Shown in pieces: positions 9,125 through 17,162 of a stretch of 32,000 bases of DNA. How positions within the stretch are numbered: the stretch's first letter is position 1; each line of letters begins with the position of its first letter. A model generated the notes under the pieces. It was not told the origin of the DNA. It searched no databases and saw nothing but the letters and a program-made list of their open reading frames with translations. Origin of the DNA: Amycolatopsis orientalis DSM 40040 = KCTC 9412 (GTDB lineage: Bacteria > Actinomycetota > Actinomycetes > Mycobacteriales > Pseudonocardiaceae). Position numbers and translations under genes: made by a program. The DNA is taken from positions 85,850 to 117,849 of the forward strand of contig NZ_ASJB01000031.1 in assembly GCF_000478275.1 (NCBI RefSeq), in the 5' to 3' direction.

Positions 9125-10867
9125 TTACGCGAGCCCGATTTCCTTCACGAACCGACTCACTCCGGCGTTTATCCTACGATTGTACTTGGTCACGACGAAG
9201 CCCGAGAAGAAGATCCGGAGCTCCTTACGAGCCCGGGTGATCGAGACATAGAACCGGCGACGATCTTCAGCAAGGTCCTCCGATGTCTTCGACTGGTAGC
9301 TCGGCATCAGCTCCTCGTCCGCGCCGACGATGAGCACGACGTCGAACTCAAGCCCCTTGCTCGATGTCGTAGTGGTCACTTCCACCCGGTCGCGCGGCAG
9401 GGCACGCATCGCCAACTCGTCCAGGGACAGCAGTCGCATCACCGCCGCCATCCTTTTCACCTCGGGTGCGTCCGCAGCCAATATGACCTGGCGCAGCGCC
9501 TTGCCGAGCCCGACAGCGTCGAGGTCGTCCAGGAACGTGGTAGCCGGCTCGTCGCGTCGGTCAGCCCAACTGATCAGCCACGCGACCAGGTCGCGGTCGT
9601 GCTGATACGTCCACAACGAACCCAGCAGGTACCGCCAACGCTTCAGTAGATCCCCGAGCCGGTAGCCGCTCTTCTCCCGGCCCGCGGCAGCCCACGCTGC
9701 TGCGGCCTCGACGAACAGCGTCACCGAGGTCGCCCGGTACTCGTTCGAGTCGCGAAAGAACACTGGGATCCCGGCTTCGCGCAGTGCCGTGGTCACCTCC
9801 ACACAGATCTGCCGGGTCGGGCACAGAACCGCGATCTCGTGCAGATCCACCCCGGACGCGTGAGCCTTCCGCGCCGCGGAGATTACCCGCGCGTACTGAT
9901 CAGGCAAACCACCAAGGCAGTAGGAGCCCGACACTTCACCGCCTGGCCGGTCACCGACAATCGGCGGACGATCGCCTCTCATCCGGTTCGCGACCTTGAT
10001 GATCTCCGCACCACACCGGTAGTTGCGGGTGAGCTCGACGGTCCCGACGTCGTGCCGCGCGGCGAGTTCGTCGAGCAATTCGGGCCGCGTGCCGGTGAAC
10101 GCGAACAGTGCCTGGTCGGGGTCACCAACCGCGAACAGTTCCGAGTTCGTGTAGTGGTCGAAGCACAACGCCTTCACCACCCGGTCCAGGCCGGGCGCGA
10201 GGTCCTGGTATTCGTCGACGTAGAGGTGCGAAAACTGGGCGGCCAGGGTCTGTCGCACGACGTGGTGGTTCTCGATCAGGTCCACTGCGGTGGCGATGAG
10301 GCCGCTGAAGTCGTGCAGCCCACGCTCGGCCAGTTTCACCTCGTACAGCCGCGCCGCCTTAATCACGCCCTCGCCGGTCTTCGCCCAGTCCTCTTCGGAG
10401 GCCATTCGTTGCCGGAGCTTGCCGATCGTCGACGGCACCAGCCAGCTGTCGCCGAGAGGGAAGGCTTCGGCAATCGCCTCCCGCAGCAACTTGGCGCTCT
10501 CCTCGTTGCTTGCGATCGTGATCCTGGCGAGCTCCGGGCGGGCGACCACATGCGCAAACGGTTCCACGACCTTGCGCAGCAAGAAGCTGTGCACGGTGCC
10601 GATGACCAGATTGGGGCGTTCCTCGACACCGAGTTCGTCGACCCGCCGCCGAAGCTCGTCCGCGGCAGCGTTTGTCAGGGTGATACACGCGGCGCCCTGC
10701 GGTTTCCTGATCTTGTTCGCGAGATCGTAGGCCATCCGGGTGGTGAGCAGCTTCGTCTTCCCGCTGCCGGGCGGGGCGAGCACGACGCAGTGGCCCTCGG
10801 TCGTGAACGCCTCCCACTGACGGTCATTCTTCTTGAGGTCGTCGATCGACGTCGAGAGCTTGCTCAA
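9125..10867 (-). CDS. gajB: Gabija GajB, UvrD/Rep-like superfamily-1 helicase
   Basis: - Helicase motifs: APPGSGKT, ITLTNAAADELRRR, GTVHSFLL, YVDEYQDL, FAVGDPDQALFAFTG, LTRNYRC, SKGLEFDVVLIVG and YVSITRARKEL.
- The ORF is open to 11014, but that extension is Arg-rich and overlaps gajA.
- TTG at 10867-10865 overlaps the gajA TGA (sequence TTGA). It places the Walker A motif about 30 aa from the start. Confidence 0.85.
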   Translation of the reverse strand: MSKLSTSIDDLKKNDRQWEAFTTEGHCVVLAPPGSGKTKLLTTRMAYDLANKIRKPQGAACITLTNAAADELRRRVDELGVEERPNLVIGTVHSFLLRKVVEPFAHVVARPELARITIASNEESAKLLREAIAEAFPLGDSWLVPSTIGKLRQRMASEEDWAKTGEGVIKAARLYEVKLAERGLHDFSGLIATAVDLIENHHVVRQTLAAQFSHLYVDEYQDLAPGLDRVVKALCFDHYTNSELFAVGDPDQALFAFTGTRPELLDELAARHDVGTVELTRNYRCGAEIIKVANRMRGDRPPIVGDRPGGEVSGSYCLGGLPDQYARVISAARKAHASGVDLHEIAVLCPTRQICVEVTTALREAGIPVFFRDSNEYRATSVTLFVEAAAAWAAAGREKSGYRLGDLLKRWRYLLGSLWTYQHDRDLVAWLISWADRRDEPATTFLDDLDAVGLGKALRQVILAADAPEVKRMAAVMRLLSLDELAMRALPRDRVEVTTTTSSKGLEFDVVLIVGADEELMPSYQSKTSEDLAEDRRRFYVSITRARKELRIFFSGFVVTKYNRRINAGVSRFVKEIGLA

Positions 10868-12588
10868 CGAGACACCAGGTATCGGAGAGCGTCCTCGACG
10901 TGACGCGCCGGAGCGACGTCGTGCAGCGAGAGTCGCTGGGCGTACCTGCCCTTGCCACCCGCGTTCTTCAGCATCTTCATGAACTCGTCGTGACCAGGGT
11001 CTGCATTCCCCCACGACTTGATCTTGGCCACCGACTGGTCCTTGCAGAGCTCCTGCAACGCAGTGAACGACGGTTCCAGGTTCTCCGGCTTGGTGGTGAT
11101 GAGATCATGTTCGAAGGTGGTGTTACCGACGAAGATGCCGTGTTCACTCGGCGTGCCTGACAGCCCCAGAACATCCAGGAGGTCTGCGGCTCGCGTGGCG
11201 CCGGCCGAGGTGCCCTTGGCGTCGACGTCGCCATCGGTGATCACTGCCCATGGCAGTCCCAGCGCGGTGCAGAAGCGCACGTATGAGGAGAAGTGGGTGC
11301 CGTGGACCGCGCACACCGTGATTCCCTCCTTGTCTAGGTCGATTCCCATTGCATGCGCGAGCTTCGGCATCAGCACCTGCTCCGCGAAGCCCTCGACGAG
11401 CAGTACCTTGCGCGCGAAGACCAGCTCGGCGCGCGTCGCGTCGAGGTAGCGCGCGATGTCATCCCACTCGACCGTGGTCAGGTCTGCATCGCGTGCCTGC
11501 GAGGCCACTGTCGTGCCGTCTACGTTGCGCAGCACCACCAGGCAACGCGGGTCGGTGACGCTGGCGATGTGCGGAGATTGGGTCGTCACCAGGGCGGTGT
11601 GCGTGCCGTCGCGATCTGCCAGCAACCGCCGGAACACCAGCCGCTGTAAGTGCGGATGCAAGTGCGCCTCCGGTTCTTCGATGGCCATCACCACGTGTGC
11701 GATGTCCGGGTCGTTGATCATCCGGGCGTCCAGGCCCAGCTCCTGCAAGGCGAGGTAGAGCACGTTGAGCGTGCCGAGGCTGGCGCTGCTCAGCGGCCGG
11801 TTGGCGTCGCCGTCCACGAACAGCTTCATCGCGCGGATCAGCTTCGTCGGCTCATCAGGCGCCGCCGCGAGCCTCGTCTCGACGGCCTGAGCATCTCCTA
11901 CCATCTCGATCAAGCGGGCACCGATGCTGCCGCCGAGTTCCTTGATTACTTCCAGGTCGTTGAGCTTGTCGTTCGCCACCTTCATCGCGGCCTTCACGTC
12001 GTGTAGGCCATCACCGTCGGCCGCAGCGGCGGCTGCGGCCATGAGCAGTTCCCGTAGCGGCGAGCGCCGCCAGTTGCGAATGTCGGCCTCGACGTCACGC
12101 AGCGCGTGAAGGAAGACCAAGTGCAGGCTGGCCAGGTTGTCGACCCTGATCGGCTGCTCGACGTTCTCCCCGCCGAACACAGCGCCCTTGTAGCGCGGCC
12201 TACCTTCCTCGTAGCCCGTGTCGACAGGCGCGAATCGGTAGGTGAGCCGAGCCCGGTCCTCGGAGATGAGCGCGTTGGCGTGGGCGAGAGCGGCAATGAG
12301 CCCGTGATCGTCGAAGAAGTCCGCCACCTCGATCGACGCCTCGATCACATGCACCCCGGACATCGGATCCCAGTCGGACTCGCCGGAGGACAGCCCGTCC
12401 CAGAAGTCCTCGGCGCCCAGCTGGCGGTCCGCGTAGGACAGGCGGCCGTCGAGGATCAGGCGCAACGCGTGCACCAAGTTGCTCTTACCCGCCCGGTTCT
12501 CCCCCACGATCACCGTGCCGGGGCACAACTCCAACTCGATGTCAGCCAGATTCCGAAAGTTTTTTACCGCAAAACGGGCGATGCGCAT
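10864..12588 (-). CDS. gajA: Gabija GajA, OLD-family ATPase + TOPRIM nuclease
   Basis: - N-terminus MRIARFAVKNFRNL.
- Walker A: GENRAGKSNLVHAL.
- AIEEPEAHLHPHLQR (ABC/AAA_15-type).
- TOPRIM motifs: VLLVEGFAEQVLMP and AVITDGD.
- The ORF is also open from a TTG at 12606. Confidence 0.9.
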   Translation of the reverse strand: MRIARFAVKNFRNLADIELELCPGTVIVGENRAGKSNLVHALRLILDGRLSYADRQLGAEDFWDGLSSGESDWDPMSGVHVIEASIEVADFFDDHGLIAALAHANALISEDRARLTYRFAPVDTGYEEGRPRYKGAVFGGENVEQPIRVDNLASLHLVFLHALRDVEADIRNWRRSPLRELLMAAAAAAADGDGLHDVKAAMKVANDKLNDLEVIKELGGSIGARLIEMVGDAQAVETRLAAAPDEPTKLIRAMKLFVDGDANRPLSSASLGTLNVLYLALQELGLDARMINDPDIAHVVMAIEEPEAHLHPHLQRLVFRRLLADRDGTHTALVTTQSPHIASVTDPRCLVVLRNVDGTTVASQARDADLTTVEWDDIARYLDATRAELVFARKVLLVEGFAEQVLMPKLAHAMGIDLDKEGITVCAVHGTHFSSYVRFCTALGLPWAVITDGDVDAKGTSAGATRAADLLDVLGLSGTPSEHGIFVGNTTFEHDLITTKPENLEPSFTALQELCKDQSVAKIKSWGNADPGHDEFMKMLKNAGGKGRYAQRLSLHDVAPARHVEDALRYLVSR

Positions 12589-13287
12589 GACCTTTGGACG
12601 CTCCAACAGATCGAGGGTTGAGCACGAAAAGGTACCCGATCGGGTGATAGCGCCATCGGATCGACTGACAAGCTGTCAACAGAAATTGGATTGAACCTCT
12701 CCGACGACACTGCTGAACGACTGGAGATCAAATTTGTGGCCGCTGTCCGTATCGAAACCGAGGCCAATTAACACCGACCGCCTTGATCGACCTGCACGGT
12801 AACAGCTGGGTTAGGAACCCAACTCCATAGCCGGATGCGACAGTCCGCGCCTTTCCGTGCGCAGCACCCGCGTCAAGATGCGGGAACGCTCCGCCCCGAC
12901 ACACAAAGATTTGTGTAGTCCTTCGGCCGAGATCGGCCGCTGATGCAACTCTTGTTGATGGGCATACCTGCTTCGCACGCTCAACTAAGCCGCGGTCAAG
13001 TCCAGCCACGGTCACGCACGGCGACGCCTCCGACGAGATCGCCTGCGCGACGTTCGAGGATGCATCGGCAGCACGGTTCTGCCTACCCTCTTGGAGATCA
13101 GCGAGCGCGTGCAGCAGGCCCGGCCCAACCTGCCTGTTGCACCGACGTCCTTGTGCTTGATGCCAAGTGTGCTGAGGCAACGCCGAAGACTGCTGGCCAG
13201 CAGTTAGATCACTCCTTTGGACGTTCACGCAGTGACCGCTATCGGGGTTACGTTGGATAGCTCAGGTGGACGGATCGGGGAGGTCCG

Positions 13288-14139
13288 ATGACACAGCTAC
13301 CGATGTTCGGTCAGCCACCGGACACCCCGACCGCCAAACCGGTAGGTGATCAGGCGGTAACGCTACAGGTCCTGGTCACCGTGAAGGCGGCACCCAACCC
13401 TTCCGAGAAGTACGGCGAAACAGTCTGTGTAGCCGGACTAAGTCTCGACCCGAACCGTCAAGGCTGGATCCGCCTCTACCCGATCAACTTTCGCGAACTC
13501 GGCCCCGACGCGAGTTTCGCGAAGTACGACGTGGTGTCGGTCGAGGCGGTACCGGCCAGGCAGGACAGCAGGCAGGAGAGCTGGCGACCGCGCATGCCAA
13601 CCCTGAAGGTAGGGAAACACCTGACCAAATGGTCGCATCGCCGCCCGTGGCTCGATCCGGCGATCAGCAGCCAGACGACCATGTGTCGCCTCATCGGCGC
13701 CACCATGAACACGCAGTCGTTGGCCCTCATCCGCCCGAAAAGGATCACTGCGCTACGGATTGTTCAGCATCAGGGCTGGTCGAAGGCGCAGCAAGCCAAG
13801 ATCGACACCTACGTCGGCCAGCTCGATCTTTTCGGCAACGAAGACCGGACGCCGCTGCATGCGCCACGGTTCGCCGGCACCTACCACTACGAGTGCGAAG
13901 AGTCCGACTGCAACGGCCACAAGCAGGGATTCATCGACTGGGAGTTCGTCGCGTTCCAGCTCCTACGTCTCCGCGGCATGAACGACAATGAGGCCGCACA
14001 ACGGCTCGAGCAACGGTTTCTGCACGAAGTCTGCAGCCCTGATCGCGACATCGCCTTCTACGTCGGCAACGTCGCGGCGCATCCCCGGACATTCAGCGTC
14101 CTCGGCGTCTACTGGCCACCGCGATCAATTAAGGGGTAG
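13288..14139 (+). CDS. hypothetical protein (283 aa), Cys/His cluster near C-terminus (YHYECEESDCNGHKQG)
   Basis: GGGGAGG Shine-Dalgarno sequence 5 nt upstream of the ATG. The composition is protein-like. It diverges from gajA across a 680-bp gap and is convergent with the DUF488 gene, overlapping it by 15 nt. Confidence 0.7.
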   Translation: MTQLPMFGQPPDTPTAKPVGDQAVTLQVLVTVKAAPNPSEKYGETVCVAGLSLDPNRQGWIRLYPINFRELGPDASFAKYDVVSVEAVPARQDSRQESWRPRMPTLKVGKHLTKWSHRRPWLDPAISSQTTMCRLIGATMNTQSLALIRPKRITALRIVQHQGWSKAQQAKIDTYVGQLDLFGNEDRTPLHAPRFAGTYHYECEESDCNGHKQGFIDWEFVAFQLLRLRGMNDNEAAQRLEQRFLHEVCSPDRDIAFYVGNVAAHPRTFSVLGVYWPPRSIKG

Positions 14140-14583
14140 ACGGCCGGCGATCTCACCCAGCACGACATCACGGTGACACCGGCGCTGATCGGCCTCGAAG
14201 CACAGCACGGCAACACGCTCACCGGCCGCAAGGCGAGCCAGTTCGTCCAGGCTGGCTTGGGCCTCGGCGTTCTCCAGCAGCTCGACGTAACGATCCTTCG
14301 CCTGCTTGAGCTCGGTCTCGTCACCGGCGAAGCCGGCACGATTCGTCTTGACGTTCCCCAGCTCCCGTCGATGGTCGTACTCGATCCCAGCCTCGGCCAG
14401 CGCGGCACGTAACGCCGTTTTGCTGAACCCCCTCTTACGCGAGATCGGCGTCAACCGGACATCGACGAGACGCGTCACACCACGCCGCACAAGCCCGTCA
14501 ATGAACTCGGAGATCTCCTGCCCCTCGTACCCGACACCGATAGCGCCGGCACAAAGCCGGGTCGCGCTGCTGGTCATACTCAC
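14125..14583 (-). CDS. DUF488 family protein
   Basis: IGVGYEG..EFIDGLVRRGVTRLVDVRLTPISRKRGFSKTALRAALAEAGIEYDHRRELG and VAVLCFEADQRRCHR match the DUF488 pattern. Confidence 0.85.
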   Translation of the reverse strand: MSMTSSATRLCAGAIGVGYEGQEISEFIDGLVRRGVTRLVDVRLTPISRKRGFSKTALRAALAEAGIEYDHRRELGNVKTNRAGFAGDETELKQAKDRYVELLENAEAQASLDELARLAAGERVAVLCFEADQRRCHRDVVLGEIAGRLPLN

Positions 14584-14673
14584 ACCCTGTCATGGCACAT
14601 CCTGCGAGGGCGAGCCCACCCCACTCCCATTTCTGCATAGGCGCTAGGTCGAGCGTCCGCATCAGCAGTGGGG

Positions 14674-15430
14674 CTAGCGGCTTTCGTTTCCCTCATTCCT
14701 CTGGTCAAGCCACTCGACCCGAGCGGCATCGTCGCGATCGTTGCCAGGAACAGCGTGCTCGGACTCCCAACACGCACGGACCGTGCGCATCAGCAGGCGT
14801 GAGCGCTCCGCTCCCAGGCCGAAGAGCCGCATCAGGCCTTTCCGCCGAGATCGGACGTTGGTGCTCCTCACGATGACGACGGTCCACCTCGATGGCTTTC
14901 ACCACGAGGTCGTCGTCGATCTTGGACAAGCTTGACCGCTTCGTTGGCTGCGGGGATGAGTCGATCAGCCGAGTCCCGTCCGTCCGAGGGAGCTTCGGGA
15001 GTTGTCGACGCGGGTGCGCTCGGCGACGATGCTGATACATCAGGTTGCTCGACAGACGGCGCCGTGGGCGCGAGCTCTCGAAGTAATGCTGGGCCGACGT
15101 CGGCCCAGCGATCAGCAGGAGTGGGCCGACGGCGTCGAACAGCGCTCGGCCGATCTCGCCCGCGATGAGCGGTTCGGCCACGTTCAGGGCCAGCGTGACG
15201 ACGCTCGAGACCAGCAGTAGTCGATGTGCTGGTCGGATCACCTCAGCGGAGGCGCCACGCAGCGACAGCTGCCGGATCGCGATCAGCAGCGCCAGGACCT
15301 GCCGAACCCGAACAGGAACGTGAGACCAACGGATGACCGTGACCAGCTGCAGAACAGCGTCACGCTCATGCGGAAACCACCAGCCTTGGCAGACACGAAG
15401 TAACTCTTCGCAACCAGCAACCAAGATCAA
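14674..15430 (-). pseudogene. DUF2637-family membrane protein, decayed paralogue of 19856-20623
   Basis: - Homologous to the intact copy, e.g. ALLIAIRQLSLRGAS.EVIRPA.RLLLVSS.VTLALNVAEPLIAGEIGRALFDAVGPLLLI.
- A 75-bp deletion between 8-bp repeats removes TM segments.
- Frameshifts lie near the start and in the TM1 region.
- The C-terminal homology (LMRLFGLGAERSRLLMRTVRACWESEH) lies in a different frame, ORF 14674-14871. Confidence 0.7.
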
Positions 15431-15462
15431 CTGGCGATATTCAGGCGACCTGAACCGTACCG
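14745..15462. repeat. direct repeat copy A (DUF2637 gene plus about 40 bp of 5' leader)
   Basis: Aligns by eye with 19896-20683. For example, the identical 39-mer gaacagcgctcggccgatctcgcccgcgatgagcggttc occurs at 15137-15175 and 20276-20314. The shared leader is caagatcaac.ggcgatattcaggcgacc. Confidence 0.75.
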
Positions 15463-15706
15463 CAATCGTGCGTCCGAGCCAGCCGGCGAGCAGCGCAGTT
15501 CAGGGCAGTTGCTTGAGGAAGTCCTCCTCGGCGACAAGATGATCCTCCTAGGAGAGCATCCCGAACGCGAGATCGTTCTACTTTTGGTTTCGACACTTTG
15601 TTAATGAAGTACGAACTGTTTACTAAGCCAGCAACACTCCGTCGTGACAAGGTTGTCACCGATAAATTGGTCGAACTGAGACCACCAGGCACTTAGCCTC
15701 AGCACG

Positions 15707-17062
15707 ATGAGCGTGGAACCAGCATCGAAGCCTGAGGGCAATCAGGACACACCCCCTGCCGAGACCACGTGTCCGACGCCAACTGCGCACAAGCGGCTCG
15801 AGGAGGGACACCGTTGGTGGCATGGCTGCCTGGACAACTATGATGACCCACCGGCCTTCCGAGCAAACCTCAATGCGTGCCTTCAAGCACTGCGCAACGT
15901 GACTTGGGTTCTTCAAAAGGAGAAGCGACTAGTTCCCGAGTTTGATTCCTGGTATCCGCCCCAGCAAGACACGATGCGCGGAGACCCCCTGCTGAAGTGG
16001 CTGGTCAACTCTCGCAATCGCGTGGTTAAATCCGGGGATCTTGAACTGCTATCGACAGCGCAGATGCAATTAATTCTTCAGTACAAAGATGTCGCGGCGG
16101 CCGTGACGCAGTCTTTACCAAGCGCGACCAGTACCCAGCGCGTCAAGGCGCTACCGTTAGATGCGCGACCAGAGGAGTATCACAAGTTTCTTGCGAATAT
16201 CCCTACCAGCGTCCTCAACCAGTCAAGCATCTTCATCGAGAGAAGCTGGATTGACAAAGCACTACCAGATAAGGAGCTTCTAAACGCCTTAGCTCATTGC
16301 TATGGCACCCTGTCCGACCTGCTCGACAGTGCTCACGAGCAGGCCGGCATAGAAGGCCATTCCGTCATGGCTCACGGGGTCAAACACGACTCCACGCAGC
16401 TGTCCACACATGGTGGGCGCCTACCCTGCATGGTCACCACTCTCGACATGCGCACGGCGCACTACCGTTTCGGAGACGCGAAGTTGGTGCGCGGCGAGTA
16501 TCGAAAGCTCGAAATCCCAAAGACCATAGCCAAACGAACCGTGAAACGCTATGGGCTCGACCAATTCAAAACGGAGCTAAATCAAGACAAAAGCAGCTTA
16601 TTTGACTTCATGGAACCATTAATGAACCAAGCCTGCCGATTCTTGCAGAGCGACAAGGCTCACATTTTTGTCACATTCCTATTCAAGGGCCCCGAGCTGG
16701 TTCACATTCAATCGGCAGTTTTTAACGACCGAGCAAGTAAGCACGCTTACGCCCGCGAACTCGCCAATCAGGTCGCAGCAAATAGCATTGATGGCGTCAT
16801 CACACTCGGCGAAGTTTGGCAGTCAGGAGTAGTAATCGACGAAGAAGGGGCCGTGATACCACCAGGCGAGGTACCAGACAGACGTGAAGCCCTCGAGGTT
16901 TACGCCGAATCGAAGACCGGCGAAAACCGCTCGCTAACAACCTACTTTCACCGTCGCTTTGGGCGCATCATTTTTGATGAAACTATTTCATGCGAAGATC
17001 AGTCCACGGAAAACAATTTTATGAGCCCCGTTCGCGCGGTTTGGGCATCCGAGAAGACCTAA
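15707..17062 (+). CDS. hypothetical protein (451 aa), orphan, lower GC in sampled segments than neighbouring genes
   Basis: Long ATG-initiated ORF with a balanced amino-acid composition. Hand-counted GC is 22/60 at 16561-16620 and 28/60 at 16621-16680, against 42/60 at 25441-25500. No domain recognised. Confidence 0.7.
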   Translation: MSVEPASKPEGNQDTPPAETTCPTPTAHKRLEEGHRWWHGCLDNYDDPPAFRANLNACLQALRNVTWVLQKEKRLVPEFDSWYPPQQDTMRGDPLLKWLVNSRNRVVKSGDLELLSTAQMQLILQYKDVAAAVTQSLPSATSTQRVKALPLDARPEEYHKFLANIPTSVLNQSSIFIERSWIDKALPDKELLNALAHCYGTLSDLLDSAHEQAGIEGHSVMAHGVKHDSTQLSTHGGRLPCMVTTLDMRTAHYRFGDAKLVRGEYRKLEIPKTIAKRTVKRYGLDQFKTELNQDKSSLFDFMEPLMNQACRFLQSDKAHIFVTFLFKGPELVHIQSAVFNDRASKHAYARELANQVAANSIDGVITLGEVWQSGVVIDEEGAVIPPGEVPDRREALEVYAESKTGENRSLTTYFHRRFGRIIFDETISCEDQSTENNFMSPVRAVWASEKT

Positions 17063-17108
17063 ATAAGGCACTGAACCAAGCGCTACCCTGGTAGTAGGTC
17101 TGCTTCGT

Positions 17109-17125
17109 TGCTGGGAAACCCAGCA
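17109..17125. terminator. short hairpin between convergent genes
   Basis: tgctggg-aaa-cccagca in the 100-bp gap between the stop codons at 17062 and 17163. Confidence 0.3.
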
Positions 17126-17162
17126 GGCCACCAAACCGGACCACGTCATCGCTGCTAGTGTT

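Noticed and set aside
9839-10903. 354-aa plus-strand ORF antisense to gajB, together with several 60-150-aa ORFs antisense to gajA and gajB.
   Set aside because: These are shadow frames of strongly supported helicase and ATPase genes. They contain no motifs.
12607-13287. 166-aa minus-strand ORF (12728-13228) and 105-aa plus-strand ORF in the 680-bp gajA/13288 divergent intergenic region.
   Set aside because: No Shine-Dalgarno sequence, no motifs, and mixed codon bias. More likely a promoter region, possibly with eroded gene fragments.
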